Source: a virus
Reading direction: 5' to 3' (one strand)
Virus record (IMG/VR): IMGVR_UViG_3300010403_000024
Span: 13,440-77,439 of that record
Length of the DNA: 64,000 bases
Shown here in pieces: positions 28,040 through 37,385 of the stretch. Position 1 is the stretch's first letter. Every line of letters begins with the position of its first letter. The notes below the pieces were generated by a model that saw only the letters and a program-made list of their open reading frames with translations, had not been told where the DNA came from and did not search any database. The position numbers were made by a program, and so were the translations under genes.

Positions 28040-30216
28040 GCTTCGACGAGCTAACGACCGCCAACTGTCTGGTGCCGGGGCATAACCCGCCCTGCGATCT
28101 GGACGCCCATGGGGGAGGTCCGACGCCGCCCGTGCCTTGCTGCGAGGACCCGGAGTTCAGCGCCTCGAACCCGATCATCTGCCGGACGGATGACGAGCGC
28201 TGCGCGGAGGCGGCGTTTGCCCAGGCGAATCCATTGCTCTGCCCAAACTCGGCGAGGTTGATCCTGAAGCCGAGTGTGCTGATCCGCGACCCGTTGCAGC
28301 AGGTGACATACAAAGCGGTGCTGCTCAACAAGGGCAAGGAAGTGGCGTTGACCAACGTGCATTTCTCAACCCTGAACGGGGCGGTGGCCAGCATCGGGGG
28401 CCTGAGCGGCAACCTGACGACAGTGGCGGCGGGGACGACCCAGGTAATGGCGCAATGGGCGGGCTTGTCGGCCTTTGGCACCGTGCAGGTGCTGGCCACG
28501 GGCGGGTGCGCCACGCACAAGACCAATTTCGTGATCCTGATCGACAACTCGAAGTCCATGAGCGGGGCTTTCAGCGCCATGTATGCGACCAAGCTGCATT
28601 ATGCGAAGGCCATCGCCATCGCCCTGATCGAGTCGATAGACCTGACCAAGGACCGCGCCGCGATCTATTCGTTCAATACCGGGGCCAGCCTGGATCAGGG
28701 GTTGTCGCAGACCGAGGCGACGCTGACGACCGCGATCTCCAGCATCAGCCCAACCGAGGGCGTGACCAACCTGAAGGCGGCGCTGGATGCGGCGGCGCTG
28801 TATCTCGATGGCCAGAATGGATCGGGCGAGACGCCGGTGATCGTGCTGATCTCAGATGGCGAGAACAAGGTGGGGGGAAACCCGTTGGCGTCGGCAGCCG
28901 GGTTCCAATCTTCGGGCGTGATCCTCGCGGTCGGAGTGCGGGCTTACGGAGCCAACTTTACCCTACTGGACAAGATCGCGACCGGCGGTTTCTTCGCCAA
29001 CGCCTACGAGACGGACGAGGGCGACGTGATCGATTGGCTGGTCGGGATGAAAGGCTACCTGTGCAGCGGCCAGTGCGACGTGCTGCCGGATAATGAGGCA
29101 ATCCCAGTCAACTACTGCGTGCCCTACGCCCAGTTGAACTACACCGGGTTTGTGAACTGGGATGTGGAAGAGGGCGTGGTGGACTTGTGCGGGAGCGGCG
29201 GAAAGCCGCTGTTCGATTTCCTGCCTGGACACGGGTTGTATGTCGATCTGGCGGGGAGCAGCCCCACCTGGAAGGGGCACCTGACGAGCAAGGTTGAATA
29301 CGATTTTACGACGGCCCTGCCCTACACCATCAGCCTGAAGCTGGCGGGCAATCAGCGCGAGGATTCGGGGGCGTTTACGGTGCGGGTCAGGATCGGCACG
29401 CTGGTCGATCAGGTGATCACGATCGACAACTGGTTGCAGCCATTCACGGCATACGAATTTGACTTTACGCCAAGCGGCGATCAATCGGCCAAGATCGAGA
29501 TCATCCTTGAAACCCAGCCGGCCGGCGGCAACCCCAGCTACGGGATCTGGCTGGATGAAGTGCTGCTGACCCAGGGCGTGACCGAGATGCTGAACGACGA
29601 TTTCGACGACGAGCACCTGACCTGCTTCAACGTCTGCGGCACCGACGAGTGCGATGCGACCAACGATCAGGGTCCCTACCCGGTGGAACTGGAGATCGTG
29701 GATTGGGAGGACGACTATTTTGATCTCTCGGACTGCACGGGCACATTGGAGGATGGGACTGAGTTCTGCACGGCGGGCGATCCGTGGGACGGATTGCTGC
29801 CCCAGACTGAGGAGTTTGCCTGGAACATTGACGCCACTGGCGGCGGGATCGGCTCTGGCGTGGCCGGGAGTCTGGGCGGGGGCAAAGCCATCCACTTCAT
29901 CGGCATCTCGTTTACCGAAGACCCGCCGGATCGGTGGCTGCTGGAAGTCTCGATGGATGTCTGTGTGAGTGAAGGCGGTGGCCCGGACTCGTCGCTGATC
30001 GTCTGGGCGGGTGAGAAATGCGGGGACAGCCCGATTGGGGTCTATACCCGGACGGGCGGCTGTTGCCTGCGCGAGACGGTGACGATCAGCATTCCGGGCG
30101 CCGACCCGTGCCAGCCGGATCATAACAGCAGCGGCTGTTTGGACAGCACGCCGGTGCCGGCACAGATCCCGGATGCCTCGCCCCTGACCGATATTGAGGC
30201 TTGCGTTGTGAACTGA
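28036..30216 (+). CDS. Cys-rich multidomain tail/receptor-binding protein: Ig-like + VWA + jelly-roll
   Basis: MIDAS DNSKS...T...SDG; Big_2-like FST.N.AVASI...TTVAAGTT; NWDV..G.VDL...YVDLAGS; about 24 Cys. Confidence 0.75.
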   Translation: MSFDELTTANCLVPGHNPPCDLDAHGGGPTPPVPCCEDPEFSASNPIICRTDDERCAEAAFAQANPLLCPNSARLILKPSVLIRDPLQQVTYKAVLLNKGKEVALTNVHFSTLNGAVASIGGLSGNLTTVAAGTTQVMAQWAGLSAFGTVQVLATGGCATHKTNFVILIDNSKSMSGAFSAMYATKLHYAKAIAIALIESIDLTKDRAAIYSFNTGASLDQGLSQTEATLTTAISSISPTEGVTNLKAALDAAALYLDGQNGSGETPVIVLISDGENKVGGNPLASAAGFQSSGVILAVGVRAYGANFTLLDKIATGGFFANAYETDEGDVIDWLVGMKGYLCSGQCDVLPDNEAIPVNYCVPYAQLNYTGFVNWDVEEGVVDLCGSGGKPLFDFLPGHGLYVDLAGSSPTWKGHLTSKVEYDFTTALPYTISLKLAGNQREDSGAFTVRVRIGTLVDQVITIDNWLQPFTAYEFDFTPSGDQSAKIEIILETQPAGGNPSYGIWLDEVLLTQGVTEMLNDDFDDEHLTCFNVCGTDECDATNDQGPYPVELEIVDWEDDYFDLSDCTGTLEDGTEFCTAGDPWDGLLPQTEEFAWNIDATGGGIGSGVAGSLGGGKAIHFIGISFTEDPPDRWLLEVSMDVCVSEGGGPDSSLIVWAGEKCGDSPIGVYTRTGGCCLRETVTISIPGADPCQPDHNSSGCLDSTPVPAQIPDASPLTDIEACVVN

Positions 30217-30233
30217 ACGGAGTATTTGAAGCT

Positions 30234-30533
30234 ATGCGAGTCAATCTGCCGAACACACCGGGGTTCAACAATAACGATGCGACGCTGCTGGCGACCATTG
30301 TGGCGGCGCCGACCGACAAGGTGATTCTGATTACCGCTCGCGGCACGTTTCTATGCACTGTCTCGCAACTGGTTTCTTCGGCGGGGACGACGGTGTTCCC
30401 GACGGGGGTCGGGTCGCCGGAAGGAGCGGTCACGGCCGATGTGGGCACGCCCTATATCGACACCGACGCCGATGCGCTCTGGTACAAGAAGACCGGGAGC
30501 GGGAATACCGGATGGCAGCAGTTGCTCGCGTAA
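30234..30533 (+). CDS. Small tail-fibre/spike-associated protein
   Basis: GVGSPEGAVTADVGTPY.DT...LWYK.TGSGNTGW motif common in phage fibre proteins. Confidence 0.7.
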   Translation: MRVNLPNTPGFNNNDATLLATIVAAPTDKVILITARGTFLCTVSQLVSSAGTTVFPTGVGSPEGAVTADVGTPYIDTDADALWYKKTGSGNTGWQQLLA

Positions 30534-30539
30534 GAATTT

Positions 30540-31022
30540 ATGAAGACACTTTTGGGAATCATCGGAATCATCTGCGGGTTGCTGCTTGGGGCCTCGCTCT
30601 TTGGGGCGGCCCCATTGCAGCGCAATTACTGGACGACCAACGCGGTGCCGGTCGGCGAGCTGCGGACCAACCCGGCCTCGACGTTGACGGCGGTCTCCTG
30701 CTCATTCGACACCAACGGTCCAAGGTACTGGTTCTGGACGAACATGGTGACGAACGTGACGGTGAACCTGACCAACACCTGGAGCGCGACTCGGACCAAC
30801 CGGACGCTGGACTTCTTCTTTACCGGCGCGACCAACAACGGACCGAACTACACCGTGACCTTCCAGACGCTGAACCCCGCCGGGGTCGTTTATCGCTGGG
30901 GGATATTTTCTCTCACCAACGGCGCGACCAGTTTCAGCGTGACCAACAATGGAGGGGCTGGGGCGAGCCTTACGCTTTGGAACACGAATCTGGTTGAGGG
31001 GTATTTTTCGCCGACGCACTAA
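30540..31022 (+). CDS. Exported, extremely TN-rich beta protein in tail module
   Basis: Signal MKTLLGIIGIICGLLLGASLFGA; 11 TN dipeptides in 160 aa. Confidence 0.7.
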   Translation: MKTLLGIIGIICGLLLGASLFGAAPLQRNYWTTNAVPVGELRTNPASTLTAVSCSFDTNGPRYWFWTNMVTNVTVNLTNTWSATRTNRTLDFFFTGATNNGPNYTVTFQTLNPAGVVYRWGIFSLTNGATSFSVTNNGGAGASLTLWNTNLVEGYFSPTH

Positions 31023-31035
31023 GGATTTTTGAGTT

Positions 31036-31845
31036 TTGAATTTGGATTTGCGATTTTGGAAAGGAGCGGCTGCTTGCGCAGCCTTTCTGGCTTTTGCCCT
31101 GATCGCTAGCGCGGATCGGCGCGGGCAACTTTCGCAGCAACGACCGGCATCGGGTTGGGTGGACCCGTCGGGATCGAACACGCTCTATGCGTGGTGGGTG
31201 TCGAGCGACTTTGCGGTGAACCTGTCGGTCAACAACACCAACCCGTGGATCGACCGGGTGCAGGGGCGGCTGCTCAGAAATGGTAACAGCACCACCAGCG
31301 CAACCAATGCCGCCCTTGGCATTTACACAGCAGACGCCAGTGGTGGCCTTACCAACGCCCCAACAGCCCAAGGCTCCAATTCAACTTACTGCATTATCTT
31401 TCGTCCGTTAAATCTCTCCAGTGGAGACAACACATTCAACACCTGCCTAAGCGGCCCTTACTCTTTAGGTGACGGAACACAAGGCAGCACTCCCGGCTCC
31501 TTTGCAATCAGAAGATCGACGCGCGTTATTTACTGGGGGACTTTCAACATTAGCGGCCAAGCCATCTCGTCGCCTTTGGCAAACGACACCACTTACGATT
31601 TAATTAGCGTTCAGACCAACAGCACCATGGTAGTTTATACCAATGGCACCCAATCTGCGTCCATAACAGCGATGCCGCCATTAACGGGTTGGCCCTGGTT
31701 TTGGGTGGGACATGATACAGACAGTGCGGCCAACCATTTTGACGGTTATATTAAGGAAGTGCTGATCTGGAGCAACAGTTTCTCGTCGGTGCAGTTGTCG
31801 AATGTTCATTTTTACGCTACCAACCAATACTCCTTTGCTCCCTAA
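31036..31845 (+). CDS. LamG/concanavalin A-like protein with signal-peptide-like N-terminus
   Basis: W.D...; VYTNG; VGHD...FDGYIKEVLIWSN; N-terminal ADRRGQLSQQRP. Confidence 0.75.
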   Translation: MNLDLRFWKGAAACAAFLAFALIASADRRGQLSQQRPASGWVDPSGSNTLYAWWVSSDFAVNLSVNNTNPWIDRVQGRLLRNGNSTTSATNAALGIYTADASGGLTNAPTAQGSNSTYCIIFRPLNLSSGDNTFNTCLSGPYSLGDGTQGSTPGSFAIRRSTRVIYWGTFNISGQAISSPLANDTTYDLISVQTNSTMVVYTNGTQSASITAMPPLTGWPWFWVGHDTDSAANHFDGYIKEVLIWSNSFSSVQLSNVHFYATNQYSFAP

Positions 31846-31920
31846 GCTGGCGCATGTGTCGGTCGATGCGCTGATCTCCTGCTACTGGTTTTGGCTTTAC
31901 CTGTGCTTCGTTGCAGTCTC

Positions 31921-31990
31921 GACTTGAGAAATCTTCCGATTCTCAAGTCTCGACTTGACAAACTTGCCGAGTTGCGGTGTGCTCCCCGCA
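31921..31990 (+). promoter_or_regulatory. Inverted repeat + leaderless promoter with operator
   Basis: GACTTGAGAA/TTCTCAAGTC; TTGACA-N17-TGTGCT-N7-ATG. Confidence 0.7.
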
Positions 31991-32287
31991 ATGGCTGAAC
32001 CGCATATCTCAGGTGATCCGAATTTCTCCTCCTGCGCGAACTGCGAAATCCCCGCATGGCAGTCACACCCTGAAGTCTGCATCGCCGAAGCGCCGCTGGA
32101 TATTGGCGGGCAGGTGCTGCATTTGATCTTCGACCCGGAGAGCAATGACTGGAACGTCTGGCTGGACACGGAGGTGATGGCGATGGACGGGCTGGTGATT
32201 GGCGGCGGCGCAACGCGGGCCGAGGCGATTGCGGACGCCAAGGCGGTGCTGACCGAGGCGCTGCGGCGGGTGGAGCATTTGCTATGA
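31991..32287 (+). CDS. Hypothetical protein
   Basis: IGGGATRAEAIADA (HicB-like fold end). Confidence 0.6.
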   Translation: MAEPHISGDPNFSSCANCEIPAWQSHPEVCIAEAPLDIGGQVLHLIFDPESNDWNVWLDTEVMAMDGLVIGGGATRAEAIADAKAVLTEALRRVEHLL

Positions 32288-32709
32288 GCACGCTAATGGC
32301 GATCAGCCTCTGGGAGCCGTGGGCGAGCGCGATGCGCCTGGACTTGAAGCGGAACGAGACGCGCCACTGGGGGACAGGCTACCATGGCGACCTGGCCATC
32401 TGCTCGGCAAAACGCAAGATGGGGGACCTGGAATGGGAGATCGCCCGACGCTGGTTGCCCTCGGATTTTGTGCCACAATACGGGTTGTGCCTTTGCGTGG
32501 TGGAGATTTACGACTGCCAGTACAGCGACGACATGGACCTGGACCAGATCGGCGAACAGGAATTGGCTTTGGGCGACTACGGCCCAGGGCGGCGGGTGTG
32601 GATGACGCGCCGATGCCGACCGCTGATCCAACCCGCGCCGATCCGCGGCCAGCAAGGGATGTGGCAACTGGACTTTGCGAACACGGAGGCGATCAATCAA
32701 AGATTGTGA
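32284..32709 (+). CDS. ASCH-domain protein
   Basis: AISLWEPWAS...KRNETRHW.T.Y.GDLAI...RGQQGMW. Confidence 0.85.
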   Translation: MSTLMAISLWEPWASAMRLDLKRNETRHWGTGYHGDLAICSAKRKMGDLEWEIARRWLPSDFVPQYGLCLCVVEIYDCQYSDDMDLDQIGEQELALGDYGPGRRVWMTRRCRPLIQPAPIRGQQGMWQLDFANTEAINQRL

Positions 32710-32912
32710 GCGCCTCCGGCCATCGGCATCGCTGCCCGAAGTGCGGGAAGGATCGGGCCTTCAGCTACCGCTGGGACGCCTACTACTGCGAGAAGTGCAA
32801 GGTCTGGCTGGAGGAGAAGTGCGCGGACGCGCTGTGCATCTTCTGCGCGGACCGGCCAGCGGAGCCGCCCAGGACCGAGCACTGCAACAGCACGCGGAGT
32901 AAACTTTCTTGA
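32706..32912 (+). CDS. Cys-rich Zn-finger protein
   Basis: CPKCG...DAYYCEKCKVWLEEKC...C.FC..RP. Confidence 0.65.
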   Translation: MSASGHRHRCPKCGKDRAFSYRWDAYYCEKCKVWLEEKCADALCIFCADRPAEPPRTEHCNSTRSKLS

Positions 32913-32949
32913 CCCAATCGGCAGAATGGCGGACAAGGACTAAAAGCAA

Positions 32950-33156
32950 ATGTTTACGCGCTTTACCCTGGCCGACCTGGCGGCGACGATTGTGCAGCCG
33001 GACGACGACCTCTGCACCGCGATCAAGAAGGTGATGCAGGCGCAGCGGCTGTGGTACCAATACCAGCGCTACAAGTTCAACGACGACGGATCGATCTCGG
33101 ACTCTTTTTGTCAGGAGATAAAAAATTGCTTTGCAACTCTGGAGGCGGGAACCTAA
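32950..33156 (+). CDS. Stand-alone tail-attachment module, paralogous to N-terminus of 34227..35753
   Basis: T..L.AT...D.C...Y..N..G.I...FC..I..C shared pattern. Confidence 0.6.
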   Translation: MFTRFTLADLAATIVQPDDDLCTAIKKVMQAQRLWYQYQRYKFNDDGSISDSFCQEIKNCFATLEAGT

Positions 33157-33163
33157 CGCATTT

Positions 33164-33925
33164 ATGGCAAACAAAACACTAACCCCCGAAGTCGCGGCTG
33201 TCCTGAGTCGCGCAACGATCACCGGCAACAAACTCGTCGTGCCGAATAATCCTGACGGCTCTCGGCTCGACCGCTCCCTCTACCAAAAGGTCAATGATGC
33301 GCTTGTGGCCGCTGGTGGAAAATGGAACACCAAAGAGCAAGGTCATATATTCAACAGTGATCCGCGCCCAAAACTAGAACTGATGCTGGAAACAGGAGTG
33401 GCCGTGGATGAGGCTGGAACCAAGAAAAAGAAACTCCAAGCCTTCTACACCCCAAAGCCGCTCGCGGATGAACTCGTCCAACTGGCAAACGTCAAAGGCC
33501 AATTCGTGCTCGAACCATCGGCAGGACGAGGTGCATTGGTGGAAGCCTGCGCTCGCGCTGGTGCGCGTGGTGTGGTCTGTGTAGAACTCGACCAGGAATC
33601 CGCCGCACAACTCAAAGCGGACGGACTGACAAATGTAACCTGCGCCGATTTCCTGACACTCAAGCCAAATCGCAAATACAGCCGCATTGTGATGAATCCG
33701 CCGTTCACTCGCGGACAAGACATCAAGCATGTGGAACACGCCCTGAAATGGCTCGCGACCGACGGTGTTCTTGTGTCAGTGATGCTCGCAGACGGCGACC
33801 GTCCAAAACTCAAGGAAGTGCTGAACGGCCACGAATGGAATCTCCGGGATGTGCCAGTCGGTGCCTTTAAGGAATCCGGCACAAACATCGCAACTGCAAT
33901 CCTGACCGTGCGAGCGCGTGGATAG
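33164..33925 (+). CDS. Amino-methyltransferase (DNA adenine MTase-like)
   Basis: FYTP, VLEPSAGRG, IVMNPPF, FKESGT. Confidence 0.85.
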   Translation: MANKTLTPEVAAVLSRATITGNKLVVPNNPDGSRLDRSLYQKVNDALVAAGGKWNTKEQGHIFNSDPRPKLELMLETGVAVDEAGTKKKKLQAFYTPKPLADELVQLANVKGQFVLEPSAGRGALVEACARAGARGVVCVELDQESAAQLKADGLTNVTCADFLTLKPNRKYSRIVMNPPFTRGQDIKHVEHALKWLATDGVLVSVMLADGDRPKLKEVLNGHEWNLRDVPVGAFKESGTNIATAILTVRARG

Positions 33926-33933
33926 GCTAACGT

Positions 33934-34230
33934 ATGAGCAGTCCCGAAACAACCCAACTGCACGCGACCGTGCCCTCAGCGACGGGTTCTCCGACGGCTG
34001 AAGAACTCGCAGCACTGAAGGCCGAAAATGCGCAACTGAAAGACATCATGCGCAAGTGCAACCGGGACGGGCACCGGCTGAAGGATTTCATCATCGCGTG
34101 CAATGGGCCGGGCGAGATGATTCGCTTCCAAGAGGCGGCGACCAATAACAAGGGCGTCGATATTTTCTTGAGCTACCTCGACAGCTTGTGGCGCGAACTC
34201 GATAAGGCCAAGTCGGAGGCTAACAAATGA
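33934..34230 (+). CDS. Hypothetical protein
   Basis: 98 aa helical ORF. Confidence 0.5.
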   Translation: MSSPETTQLHATVPSATGSPTAEELAALKAENAQLKDIMRKCNRDGHRLKDFIIACNGPGEMIRFQEAATNNKGVDIFLSYLDSLWRELDKAKSEANK

Positions 34231-35753
34231 GCTCACCTGTTACACCATCGCAACTGCTCGCTACTGTCGCGTCGGGCACAGGGGACGTATGCCAAAGGTT
34301 CGCGGCGCTGCTGAAGTTCGGGCAGCTCGCGCATGATGAATTTGCCTACGAGCGCAATGAGCAGGGGGACATCACGCCAGAATTTTGCAGCGACATTTTG
34401 GCGTGTGCCGGCATCTCCGGTGTCACGCCCCCGGGCGGCGGCACGGGCGGCACATTAGCGGCCCCGGTGATCTCGGCCTCGGACGGCACCTTTGGCGACC
34501 GGGTGCGGATCACCTGGAATGCGGTGAGCGGCGCGACTCAGTATTTTGTCTATCGGGCGACGGCCGACAACCCGGCGCTGGCGACGCAGATCGCGACCAG
34601 CGTCTCGATGCAGTATGACGACACGACCGGGACGATTGACACCACCTACTACTACTGGGTGAAGGCATCCAACGGCACCACGACCTCGGCGCTGTCCAAC
34701 TCTGACCCAGGCTATTACTCGACGCCACTGGGTGCCGTGAGCGACCTGGAATGCAGCCGCGGGGCGGCCACGACGCTGAACCCGCAACGGGTGATCTACA
34801 TGCAATGGACGGAAGTGCCGACCGCGACGGTGTATGACATCTATCGGCATACGGCGGACGATTTCCCGAACGCGACCAAGATCAAGGACGGGTTGGCCCC
34901 AGGCGACAACACCAGCTACAGCGGGGCGAGCCCGAACGGGTTGACCGACAACGTGACCGACCTGACCTACTACGACACGCCGCCCGACCCGTTCCTCGAG
35001 TACTTTTACTGGGTGATTGGGCGCAAGCTGAATCCGAACGCAGCCGGGTTGGTCAGCAACACGGGCTCCGGCTGGGCGGTGGGCTTCGGCGAGGGCAACA
35101 CGCCGGATGCGGCGGTCCACATCACGGACGTGGCGGAGCATACGGTGCCGGCGTCGATGACGCGCGCCTGGATCTACATGATCGGCGGAGCAGCGGGCGG
35201 GGCCGGGGCGGGCGTGAACTTTGGCGGGGGCGGCAGCGGGGCCGGGGCGGTGCTGTGGGGCGAACTGGCGGTGGCGGCTGGCGGCAAGTTCCAGTTTGTG
35301 GCGACTGGCTCGGCGGAGAGTACGGCGGCGGCGGAGACCGATGGGGCCGATGGGCGCCTTTGGGAATTGAAATACAAACCACCGGCGGGCAGCTACGCGA
35401 CGGTGATGACATCCTCGGCGGCGACCGGCGGCAACTACAACGCCGCTGGCGGCGGCACGGGCGGGACTGGGGCGGTGGCGACCAACGACGGCGTGATCAG
35501 CAACGGGGCCGAGCACGACGGCAACGACGGGTTGCCGGGTCAGGGGGCCAAGGGCGGGCGCAGCGGGAAGATCTGGGGGTATGTCAGGACACCGGCGGCG
35601 CATTCGTTGCCGGGCTTTCCATTGCCTGGCTTCAGCGGCGACGGCAACGGCGCGGGCGGGAGCGTGGCGGTCGGCAACCCGTCATTTTTGGCCTACGCGA
35701 CGGGCGGCAAGGGGCAGACGGCGCAGGCGAGTATTTCGTTTTCCATCGCCTGA
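34227..35753 (+). CDS. Tail fibre with two FN3-like domains and glycine-rich domain
   Basis: ASDGTFGDRVRITWNAVSGATQY.VYR...YYYWVKA; GGAAGGAG...GGGGSGAG. Confidence 0.8.
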   Translation: MSSPVTPSQLLATVASGTGDVCQRFAALLKFGQLAHDEFAYERNEQGDITPEFCSDILACAGISGVTPPGGGTGGTLAAPVISASDGTFGDRVRITWNAVSGATQYFVYRATADNPALATQIATSVSMQYDDTTGTIDTTYYYWVKASNGTTTSALSNSDPGYYSTPLGAVSDLECSRGAATTLNPQRVIYMQWTEVPTATVYDIYRHTADDFPNATKIKDGLAPGDNTSYSGASPNGLTDNVTDLTYYDTPPDPFLEYFYWVIGRKLNPNAAGLVSNTGSGWAVGFGEGNTPDAAVHITDVAEHTVPASMTRAWIYMIGGAAGGAGAGVNFGGGGSGAGAVLWGELAVAAGGKFQFVATGSAESTAAAETDGADGRLWELKYKPPAGSYATVMTSSAATGGNYNAAGGGTGGTGAVATNDGVISNGAEHDGNDGLPGQGAKGGRSGKIWGYVRTPAAHSLPGFPLPGFSGDGNGAGGSVAVGNPSFLAYATGGKGQTAQASISFSIA

Positions 35754-35786
35754 TTTTTTACAGAAGGCAACGAAGGTAACAAAGAA

Positions 35787-36704
35787 ATGCAGACTATAGT
35801 TATTTATCACCGAAGCGACTTCGACGGCATCTTTTGCAGGGAGGTCGCCCGCAAGTTTCTACCGCAGGCTGAATTGATCGGATGGGAGTACGGCGACCCG
35901 GTGCCGTCGGTGCCGGAGGAAGCGCAACTCTACATCCTCGATCTGAGCGTGGAGGGCCTGATGCAGCACCCGAACCTGATCTGGATCGACCATCACAAGA
36001 GCGCCATCGACAAGTACCCATCGACGATCAAGGGCTACCGGATCGATGGCGTGGCGGCCTGCCGGCTGGCCTGGCAATGGTTCGCGAAGAAGAAAAACGC
36101 TTATCCCTGGACAGCTATAATTGACTGGCCAGAGAAGCAGCATTTTGTCCGCAGGGAAGTTGAGGAACCAATAGCCGTGCGCCTCGCCGGTGAGTACGAC
36201 ATCTGGGACAGGAGAAATCCCGACGCTGAACTGTTTCAGCACGGACTGCGTAGCCAGGATCTTGAACCGCTCTGGGAAATTCTTTTGTCTGGCCCATTCT
36301 CGGAGGACGCAGACGGCAAAGTTGGGTTGGACGAAATCACGGTCGATGCGCTGCTCGAAGCTGGACGCGCGCTCCAATACGCCAAGACCAAGGAGAACGA
36401 ATCGATCATCAAGGCCCAGAGTTTCCGCATGCAATGGGAGGGGTTGCGCTTCCTCTGCTGCAACCATGCGCGCTTCAACTCATTTTTGTTTACGGCGGGA
36501 CTGACACCCGACGACGACGCCTGCCTGGGCTTCTGCTGGGATGGCCGAAAATGGAAAGTCTCGCTCTACCACGCGACGGGCAAGGAGCACATTGATCTAT
36601 CAGTGATCGCGGTCAAGCATGGGGGTGGAGGCCACCGCGGCGCTTGCGGGTTCGCCTGCGATACGCTGCCCTTCCCATTGAAGACTCCATCCGACCCCGC
36701 TTGA
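35787..36704 (+). CDS. DHH/DHHA1 phosphoesterase
   Basis: YH..DFDG, ILDLS, WIDHH, GGGGH.GACGF. Confidence 0.9.
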   Translation: MQTIVIYHRSDFDGIFCREVARKFLPQAELIGWEYGDPVPSVPEEAQLYILDLSVEGLMQHPNLIWIDHHKSAIDKYPSTIKGYRIDGVAACRLAWQWFAKKKNAYPWTAIIDWPEKQHFVRREVEEPIAVRLAGEYDIWDRRNPDAELFQHGLRSQDLEPLWEILLSGPFSEDADGKVGLDEITVDALLEAGRALQYAKTKENESIIKAQSFRMQWEGLRFLCCNHARFNSFLFTAGLTPDDDACLGFCWDGRKWKVSLYHATGKEHIDLSVIAVKHGGGGHRGACGFACDTLPFPLKTPSDPA

Positions 36705-36710
36705 GGTAGT

Positions 36711-37169
36711 GTGATCGAAATCAAAAAATCTGAAACCGCCGATACCCGGACCTGTGACTTCGCCAACACGTCCAAGGAAACATTGCTGGCATCCAGCCGG
36801 CAGCATATCGGCGACGTGGTGAAGGCCCTCGCTTTCTTCTCTGCCAAGATCACGGAGGCCGCGGGCGAACATGACTATGACAAGCTGACCGCCATCGACT
36901 GGTTTCATTCGGACTTCGTGACTGGATTCAAAAAGACTGGATGGTGGGATAATCATCGGAAGATCCACCGGCACCACCTCGACAAGGCCGATGGGGTGCC
37001 GGATAACGTGAACCTGCTCGATGTTATCGAACACATCGCCGATTGCGTGATGGCCGGAATGGCGCGGAGCGGGAACGTCTATGAATTGAAGCTGTCGGAT
37101 GAACTACTCCAACGCGCCTTTCGGAACACAGCCGAACTGCTCAAGGCGCAGGTAAGGGTGCAGGAATGA
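36711..37169 (+). CDS. HD-like phosphohydrolase (DUF5662-like)
   Basis: H...HDYDKL...H...HRHH...LLDVIEHIADC. Confidence 0.65.
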   Translation: MIEIKKSETADTRTCDFANTSKETLLASSRQHIGDVVKALAFFSAKITEAAGEHDYDKLTAIDWFHSDFVTGFKKTGWWDNHRKIHRHHLDKADGVPDNVNLLDVIEHIADCVMAGMARSGNVYELKLSDELLQRAFRNTAELLKAQVRVQE

Positions 37170-37384
37170 CCACCAGCGCCACCCAAAAGCCGGCGCCGCA
37201 CCCGTTCTACGGCGATGCCTACGAGCGGGGCAAAGATCCCTGGCACAAGGAGGCGTTCCCGGATGGGTTCAAGGACGCCGCGCCCAATCAGGGTGATCGG
37301 CGCGAGGGCTGGTTTCTACTCGACGGCTTCGGAAACGCCATCGGCTTCGTGCCCGATGGGACGGAACTGCCAACCCCAACCTGA
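37166..37384 (+). CDS. Hypothetical protein
   Basis: Coupled 72 aa ORF. Confidence 0.5.
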   Translation: MTTSATQKPAPHPFYGDAYERGKDPWHKEAFPDGFKDAAPNQGDRREGWFLLDGFGNAIGFVPDGTELPTPT

Positions 37385-37385
37385 G

